Shown: positions 55,470-64,000 of the stretch, piece after piece
Layout: each line of letters opens with the position of its first letter
How positions within the stretch are numbered: the first letter of the stretch is position 1
Program-made: the position numbers and the translations under genes
Assembly: GCA_951406725.2 (NCBI GenBank)
Contig: OX597825.1
Location: 71,982,001-72,046,000 of the forward strand
Source: Octopus vulgaris
Lineage: Eukaryota
Direction of reading: 5' to 3'
Length of the DNA: 64,000 bases
Notes under the pieces: model-generated
What the model was told of the DNA's origin: nothing
The model's database searches: none
What the model saw: only the letters and a program-made list of their open reading frames with translations

Positions 55470-55803
55470 ATGCACCAGCTCCATCATTCGATCCTCAGAA
55501 GAGAAGTTGTTAAAGTGAATGCCAAGCTCTCAATCTTCAGTACGGTTTTCTCGCTTTTCAAATGTGGTCATGAATGTTGGGTAGTGACAAAAAAAAAAGT
55601 GGCTGTGTGGTAAGTAGCTTGCTAACCAACCACATTGTTCCGGGTTCAGTCCCACTGCGTGGCATCTTGGGCAAGTGTCTTCTGCTATAGCCCCGGGCCG
55701 ACCAATGCCTTGTGAGTGGATTTGGTAGACAGAAACTGAAAGAAGCCTGTTGTATATATGTATGTATATGTATATATATGTATATGTATATGTATATATA
55801 TGT

Positions 55804-55892
<89 letters not shown>

Positions 55893-56345
55893 TGTGTTTG
55901 TTCCCCTAGCATTGCTTGACAATCGATGCTGGTGTGTTTATGTCCCCGTCACTTAGCGGTTCGGCAAAAGAGACCGATAGAATAAGTACTGGGCTTACAA
56001 AGAATAAGTCCCTGGGTCGATTTGCTCGACTAAAGGCGGTGCTCCAGAATGGCCTCAGTCACATGACTGAAACAAGTAAAAGAGTAAAGAGTAAATAAAA
56101 GCGGTCGAATGGAAGTTCCTTCGAAGGATTTCTAATGTAACGTAACTTGAAATTTGCGTAGCTCGGAAATCAAGAAGTCTCTCCAGGTCGAGCGGCTACT
56201 TCTCCGCATTATGTAGTCACAGCTGCAGTATTACGGACATGTAATTAGGATGCCGCCGAAAAGAATTGCAATAAGGATTCTTGAAGTCGAGCCAACCGAC
56301 AGGAGACCTCTGAGTTGACCAATAGCCATAGATCTCAAATGGTCA
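55470..56345 (+). mobile_element. Decayed RTE 3' fragment interrupted by a SINE A (55598-56095)
   Basis: AKLSIF..CGHECWV; AVEWKFLRRIS; QLQYYGHVIRM. Confidence 0.72.
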
Positions 56346-56401
56346 CGTTAGGGGTCCAGCCGGGAAGTATAATGTTTTTATACACGTATATACACATACA
56401 T

Positions 56402-56483
<82 letters not shown>

Positions 56484-56560
56484 CCAGCCCTCAGTCAAAA
56501 TCGTCCAACTCATGCTAGCAGGGAAAGCGGACGTTAAACGATGATAATAATGATATATAT

Positions 56561-56709
56561 ATTTCTTTACTACCCACAAGGGGCTAAACACAGAGGGGAC
56601 AAACAAGGACAGACAAAGGGATTAAGTCGATTACATCGACCCCAGTGCGTAACTGGTACTTAACTTATCGACCCCGAAAGGATGAAAGACAAAGTCGACC
56701 TCGGCAGAA

Positions 56710-56710
<1 letters not shown>
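56561..56710 (-). mobile_element. SINE family B, 3' part
   Basis: Homology. Confidence 0.82.
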
Positions 56711-56785
<75 letters not shown>

Positions 56786-56787
56786 TG

Positions 56788-59011
56788 TATATACCGTCAT
56801 CCCTCACCACGAAGGATTGCGGGCACTTCAACACTTTCTCGACCTCCGCCCCAACCCCGAACCCGACACCTCCACACTCATTCGTCTGGCCGAACTTGTC
56901 CTTTCTCTTAACTGCTTCTCGTTCGCGGGCGAGTTCTACCAACAGTTCTCGGGAGTGGCCATGGGAACGTGAATGGGCTCCAACTATGCGAACCTGTTCG
57001 TTGGCTATGTTGAGGCCCAAATATTCTCTAGTTTCACTGGTCCCACTCCCGAACTATACGGTCGTTCATTGACGACATTATCGGTGCCACCTCACTCTCC
57101 CGTGAACATCTAGACTCCTTCCTCTCTTTCGTTCAATCCTTTCATCCTGCCCTCCACTTCACCTGCACTATCTCCAACACCTCTGTCTCCTTCCTCGACA
57201 TTTCAGTCAGCATTCATCACTTCACTTTTACCACCTCCATTCACTACAAACACACAGACTCACACACATACCTAAACTTCTCTTCCTCCGACCCCAAACA
57301 CTCTAAGCTTTCCATCCCCTATTCCCAATTCCTCCGTCTACGTAGGCTCTGTAGTGACGACCATGACTTTGAGACTCAGTCTCAACTCATGGTTCGCCAC
57401 TTCATCCTACGTGGATACCCCCTCACCACTATCCACACCGCCCTTGCCAGAGCTCGTTCCGTAGACCGTGCATCTGCTCTCTCCCCCCGAACCCGCTCTG
57501 CAGTCTCCCACCTCCCTTTTCCCCTCACTTACCACCCCACCACCCTACCTCTCCAACGCACCATTCTTCGAGCTTTCCGGTATCTCCAGTCCGACCCGTC
57601 CACTTCATACCTCTTCCCTAACCGAACCCCCCTTCCTTCAAACGAGCCCATAACCTATGAGACCTCTTAGTCCACAGCTTCTTCCCTGACCCTACCTCCC
57701 AGCCTGGCTCGTTCCTCTGCTCCCGCCCACGTTGCCGCACATGCCCTTACCTCTCCAACACCACCCTCCTCACCGGCACCCATCATCGACCCTATCGCAT
57801 CATCGACTCCTTCACCTGCACCTCCAGCAATATCATCTATTGCATCTCCTGCTCTCTCTGCCATTCCCTGTACATCGAACAAACGGGACGCCGCTTGGCT
57901 GACCGGTTCGCAGAACACCTCCGAGACATCCGCTTCGCCAATGACAGACCAGCCTCACGCCATTTCCGCTCCACCGTCACTCCTTGCAACACCTGTCTGT
58001 ATTCGGATTGTCCTTGCACAGAGGTCATCCGGATTCCCGCTTGCGCCGTGAACAGGGATTAATCTTCTCTCTTCGCTCTTTTACGCCATTTGGGCTCAAC
58101 TCTCCCCCCTTTTCATCTAACCTCCTCCCGACTCCTACTTCTCCTCAGTCCTTCATCTTTTCACCCCTACTCCCTTTCCCTCTTCTTCCCTTCTTTCCCT
58201 TCTTCCCCCTTCTTCCCTCTTATTTCTTCTTCCCTCTTCCCCTTCTCTCTTTCTCCCTGCTCCCTCACTCCCCTTCTCTCCCCTCCTCTCCTCCTCCTCT
58301 CCCTACCACTCCCCTCTTCCCCCTCCCCTCCTCCCTTTCTCTTCTCTCCCCTTTCACTCTCCCCACAACCTCCACTTTACCCCAGCCCCCAGCCGAACCC
58401 ACACCCCACATGGGCTTTCCCCCCTCTCACCCCCACCTCCCCACAACATCACACCACAATACACTACACCATACGACATTACACATCACATCACAACACA
58501 CCACCCACAGCACACCGCCCACACACACCATCCCCAAATCTTTACACCTACACCCACATACACATACCATATCACAACACACCACCCAAACACACATCTC
58601 CATATCTCCACACCCACACATACATACATACACACGTCCAGACCACCAGCTCTCTTTCACACGCACATACTCTCTTATACACACACGCACATTCGTTCGT
58701 GTTGGGGCCACCTTCGTTTTGGAAGTCACTTGACCCTGTTATCTCCCCTACTATCCCTCTAGCGTCTAACGTCTGACCTCTGACCTCTGCCTGAAGTCAG
58801 AACGCCATGATAGACCGTTAGCTCCTACACGCATTTTTTTTTCTCCTTGTTTCTCTCCTTGTTTCTTTTCTGTGTATCTTTCTGTCGAAGAGCGTAGGCT
58901 CGAAACGTAAAACACTTGTTCTATTTCTATTCCTGAGCGCCATACTAATACATTTGTTTGTTTGTACTCCACCTGCCTTCATCTTTTGTTTATTTTCGTA
59001 AACATTCCCGT
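56788..59011 (+). mobile_element. 5'-truncated Penelope-like element (RT, GIY-YIG, pLTR) inserted in (TA)n
   Basis: YTVIPHHEGL, FYQQFSGVAMGT*MG..YANLF, (R)FIDDI, IPYSQFLRLRRLCS, NIIYCISC..YIEQTGRRL; stops and frameshifts; pLTR with HHR-like motif at 58879-58912. Confidence 0.93.
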
Positions 59012-59043
59012 TATATATATATTTATGTAAATGTATATATATG

Positions 59044-59170
<127 letters not shown>

Positions 59171-59216
59171 TATATATATATATATATGTATATATATACA
59201 TATATATATATATATA

Positions 59217-59833
59217 TTGGTGAAATTAATTAATAACTAATTGATTTTACCCTTAATTATTGATAATATAATTCCTTTCTCCCTGCTCTTTTACTGCGGT
59301 TCTCACCGTTATAGTATGTTTACTAGATAACTCACGTGGGTGGAAGCGGGAAAAACATGAATCTTCACTTGTACTTTTTGAATTTGCTAGCACTGGCAGT
59401 TTGAAGATGTGTATGTCTGAGGTGATTCATTATCGGACGGGTATGTTCATTTTTTTAGTGCTTTCAAATCCAAAATTAAGAAATGTTGAGCTGACGAAGG
59501 AAATGCTGAGTTTTATTTCGGCTAATCTAGAAACGTGACGTTCTCAAATAATCTTTGTACTTGTGATATTTTACTGTTTTCCCTCCATATCTTCGTGAGT
59601 TATTTTTGAGTAAACACTATCTGGGAGACTTTTTCTTAAAGTAGTGGAAATAGCTAAAAAACTTTTTGGCTGCTATTTCTAATAATTTCAGTATGTGGCA
59701 AAGTAATTTATTTTACTAAGCCCTAATTATATAACGTAATATTTTGAATACGCCTTGAATGGTCCTTTTACATACTGAACACTACTTGGTGAAATTAATT
59801 AATAACTAATTGATTTTACCCTTAATTATTGAT
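59217..59833 (+). mobile_element. 569-bp-period element with 48-bp direct terminal repeats and an internal hammerhead (retrozyme-like)
   Basis: ttggtgaaattaattaataactaattgattttacccttaattattgat at 59217-59264 and 59786-59833; (TA)n on both sides. Confidence 0.8.
59486..59547 (+). ncRNA. Type-I hammerhead ribozyme (CUGACGA core, GUU cleavage)
   Basis: ttgag-CTGACGA-agga..gctgag..ttcggc..tcta-GAAACG TGA CGTT-ctcaa. Confidence 0.72.
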
Positions 59834-60201
59834 TATATATATATATATATAGTGTAATAAATAAAATATATGCATACATACAAACATATATGTACGTACC
59901 GACATCTACATGTATATATACATGCATATATAAATATATATACGTACAGGACACCACAAAAAGACGTAAAACTCAACAGAAACGAAAACGGAAAAGCCAT
60001 TTTGTAACAACAGAAGGACAGAGACGTGGAACAGGACGAGAAAGAAAACGGGAAAAACATTATTTACAACAGAAAAACGAGGTACAGGACATGCTACACA
60101 AGGAAAAATCCCCTTCGTTCAGCTGTCACTAGTAGACATAGCGTGTTTCGAAGGCGATGATGTACAGGTATTATATATCAGAAGGTACTCAGAAATCTGG
60201 A

Positions 60202-60286
60202 TGGTTTTATATTTACAGATATTCATTAGTATGTCATAAAAAACATGTGACATACTAATAAATATCTGTAAACATATTTAAAACCA
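60202..60286. repeat. Short AT-rich hairpin/MITE
   Basis: tttacagatattcattagtatgtca / tgacatactaataaatatctgtaaa. Confidence 0.75.
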
Positions 60287-60930
60287 GCTATTTCGTCCGT
60301 TTTAAAATATGATATGAAGATGATTTGGCTGCGATTTCTATCAGTGACAACTGAGAGAAGCGCTTCTGAAAGTGACTAGTCCCACTATCACGTGAGGACG
60401 ATCGGTAGAAAATTTTATAAGAATATTTCGAGACAAAGAGGACGATAGGGGTGATCGATGCAAGGCAAAAGAAAAACATTCCATGAGTTTCCTCCCAATT
60501 GTCTCACCTTTAATTTTAACGAAATATTTCATTTTGTAATAAAGCAAATTAATATGTTGCAGGATATATCATGCTGAAGGTTTCTAAAAGGAATCAAATA
60601 GTGTTATACAAGAGTATCACCAACAGGAAACTGGTAGAATCTCATAATGTACACACACACACACACACACACACACACGTATACACACGCACATACGCAC
60701 ACATTTGCATACACACAGACACGCACACACATTCATAAGTAAATATTGGAGTTCTTTGCATTTCCTTCCTCGCATTCTTCAGTTCCAAATTTAAATTTCT
60801 AATCCTAACTTATGTTGTAGAGGAACAGTTATTTTTTCCCATATAAACAGTTTTTGGTAGAACTAATCCCCGTGTATTTTCAGCTTTTATTCTGTGCGTA
60901 AATCAGCTGGTAATATTAAAAAAAAAAGTA

Positions 60931-61180
60931 CATGTTCCTTTTCGAGCCATGCCAGGCTCATCAGGGCCGGTTTCCTGGTTTCAGTGGTGTAAAAATTCCC
61001 CACCTGGATGGGACGCCAGTCCGTCGCAGGATTACTCACTTTTGCCAACTGAGTGAACTGGAGCAACGTGAAAATGAAGTGTTTTGCTCAAGAACACAAC
61101 GCATCACCCGGTCCAGGAATCGAAACCACAACCTTACGATCATGAGTTCAACACCCTAACCACTGAGCCACGCGCCTCCA
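60931..61180 (-). mobile_element. tRNA-derived SINE (family C-related)
   Basis: Minus-strand head ggaggcgcgtggctcagtggttaggg..ggtttcgattcc; tail related to 17020-17110. Confidence 0.8.
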
Positions 61181-61433
61181 CCCGGTCATATTAGTAGTCA
61201 AGAAAAAGCAACGAGCTGACAGAATCATTAGCACGCCAGGCCAAATACTTAGTGACATTTCATTCGGCTTTACGTTCTGAGTTCAAATTCCGCCGGAGTT
61301 GACTTTGACTTCACAAAAAGAAAGACACAAAAAGGAAAACGTGAATGGCAAGGGAGAGAAACAGTGGACTGTAACAAAAGCCAAAGGCACCAATATTTCA
61401 GTTGCTATTTAATTTCAATAGAACAGCTATTTA

Positions 61434-61705
61434 CTGTTTAGCCCTAGGAAGCATCGATGCCTCCTGATGGCTTTGACACATTTTTCCTGTGTCCTTATAT
61501 ACATTTACGAAGGGGAGACAAATACCCCCAGCCGCCCGGGCTGCATCTAGGGACACGTGTTTCAGACAATCATCCTGAACCACGTGCCCTAAATGCAACC
61601 CGGGCGGCTGGGGGTATTTGTCCCCCCTTCGTAAATGCATATAAGGACACAGGAAAAATGTGTCAAAGCCATCAGGAGGCGTCGATGCTTCCTAGGGCTA
61701 AACAG
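61434..61705. mobile_element. Near-perfect fold-back element (about 132-bp arms, 9-bp loop)
   Basis: Arms 61434-61565 and 61575-61705; 6 substitutions and 1 indel. Confidence 0.93.
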
Positions 61706-62661
61706 CGGTGGTGAACACCTCTACTGTCACGTTCGTGTTAGATTGACAGTATACAACCATTCTATCGCCCCACCACCGTACATGTCTCTACGAGAGATTT
61801 AGAAATTTAGTATTTAGTATTTCTGAGTTATTTACTATAATGAGAATATTTCACATATAGTAACAACATTGGGAATCCAATGACGCGAGTAATGGTCTGC
61901 GCCAGCAACAGCTTGTTAATATGAAAGTTTACTGGAGAATTTAATATGCTTAGCTGTCATGAGGAGTGAAGAACGTGATGTTTTGAACATTTGCCCTCAG
62001 TCCGGATGTAAGAAAGACAGAAAGATAAAAAGTGGTTGGTCGTTTGGAGTGGAGAGAAAACTCAAGAAACACTTAACTTGCCTCGCTTTTTCATCGGTCT
62101 CCGTTGAAAGGCAAGGGTGCAGTCTATTACGCCCTGCACTCTTTGCAGCGACAATGGAATTTCTTGAATTCTGTAAACCTTTACATATATCTTTAAAGCG
62201 TATTTTTCAGTGTTGTAACGAGATATGCATGATATAATATTGATAACTCATACGATCTAAAACAGTTAAGTCACTATAAATTCACTGACTTTCCACTATT
62301 AATAATATATAATATATAACGTATAAAAATGTATAAGTAAATGTAAATAGCTATGAGATTTATTTGAATCGCTAAAGGGGATCGTTTGCTTTTGTTTGTT
62401 TTTGTTCTGTTTTGCTTAATTCTGTGATTTTAATTTCTTATCGTTTTAACCGTATTTATTGAAACTGTACATATGTGCGTGCGTGGGTGTCTGCATGAAT
62501 ACACACATATATATATATATATATAGAGAGAGAGATGTATATATGAATCTATGTATGTATATACATATATAATGATAATAACAACGATAATAAAAATATA
62601 TATACATATACATTCATATATTTTGTTATATATAATATATATGTATACGTGTACACATCTA

Positions 62662-62705
<44 letters not shown>

Positions 62706-62861
62706 AATATATTGTATATATATATATATATATATATATAAGCCTATACTTATACACACTCATATATATACGCTTATATACTATGTGTATTTACATATTT
62801 ATATATGGGACACCCTGTACATATGTATGCATGTACACATATATATATCTATATATTTATA

Positions 62862-62935
<74 letters not shown>

Positions 62936-62955
62936 CAACCATACATATCATGCAC

Positions 62956-62994
<39 letters not shown>

Positions 62995-63004
62995 GATGTA
63001 TGGT

Positions 63005-63039
<35 letters not shown>

Positions 63040-64000
63040 ATGGATGGATTTATGAATGTATATGCATTTATCCTCAGACCGCTACCAAAGCCGCCCGCCA
63101 TATTTTTCCTTGTCGGCATTGACTTCTCCACAACACCTCAGGGGCAGATGTGTGAGATTTAAACATAGACATTGTTCCATTGAAACACAAAAGAACCTTG
63201 AGTGTTTTCGCCAACGGGTCAATGTAAAAGCGAGAGAAGGAAGAAAGAAAGTGAAAGACAGCAAGAACCGTTTATTGTGTTTGTATATTTTCATCGACTA
63301 TGTTTAGTGTCCTTGTCGTTCGTGTATGGTATCTTTTACATACAAACATTGGTTCTCTTTTCTTAAACGACTTGGAAAACCTGTGAATGCAATTAGTTAT
63401 TCTACTGTTTGTAACGCAGTTACTTTCTCAAAATTGCCAGTGGTAGGACAGGAATTTCTTGAAAGGTTTCGCTACAACCGTTGCTTTCTTTTAGTCTTAT
63501 ATTCTTCTTCTTTTCTCCTTCTCTTCGTTTCATTCCCGGCCACCCACCACCTTCTCGGCGTCGTGTGCACTGTGTATAAACGAAGAACTATATAAATAAA
63601 TAGACAAATGAACGTAAAACAGAAGACTTTCCGAAGCAACATCCTACCTCGGGGTTCTGTAATCCAGCTGATCTTACTAGACTATATAAACCGATGTAGA
63701 AACACACTCAAGAATCTCAACACTGTTTTAATGAAATTACTGAAAGCTGTTACAAACCAATTAAGAACCATCGGCACATTTTAAACAGATTTTTATGCAA
63801 ACAACACTTCTTGAATCGCTTTATTTATTCTATTAGATTATCAATAAATTTTACCTGATTAAACTACAAGATCTTCGTTATTTACGTATTTATTTAGGTA
63901 GTTATACACTTATTTATTTCATTCGTTTTCTTTTGCTTTCTCCTGTCTATCCATCGCCATCATCACGTTGGTACTAATTCAGATTCGATTTGTATATCGC

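Noticed and set aside
60935-60968. CTGATGAG..GAAA on the minus strand
   Set aside because: SINE tail stem-loop; no stem III/NUH/stem I and the register is wrong for an HHR
61959-63600. Unique-looking short ORFs (61959-62237, 63056-63307, 63326-63595)
   Set aside because: No recognisable domain or supportable splice structure; small host exons cannot be excluded without RNA-seq

Overview
Gene-poor, microsatellite-saturated animal genomic DNA. The SINE families and the (TA)n/(TACA)n/(GATA)n load suggest an octopod cephalopod (inference from recognition, not a database search). I find no credible host protein-coding exon; nearly all ORFs in the track are simple-repeat artefacts. The real coding remnants are decayed transposons: mariner, piggyBac, Chapaev3-like, RTE, R4/Dong-like, CR1-like, and two Penelope-like (PLE) fragments, one with RT plus GIY-YIG and one with GIY-YIG only. 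The most striking hidden signal is non-coding. By hand I find about 16 type-I hammerhead ribozyme (HHR) motifs from about 9 sequence-unrelated families. Several have perfect catalytic cores and sit as tiny (110-600 bp) cassettes between (TA)n runs. There is also a set of long fold-back (rod-like) elements. One carries an HHR with a compensated U3-A8 core in both inverted arms, and its arm mismatches are strongly skewed to G.U on one strand. Together these suggest a (TA)n-targeted, PLE-mobilised ecosystem of ribozyme and hairpin RNAs (retrozyme-like). All structures were read by eye; none has been computationally folded or tested.
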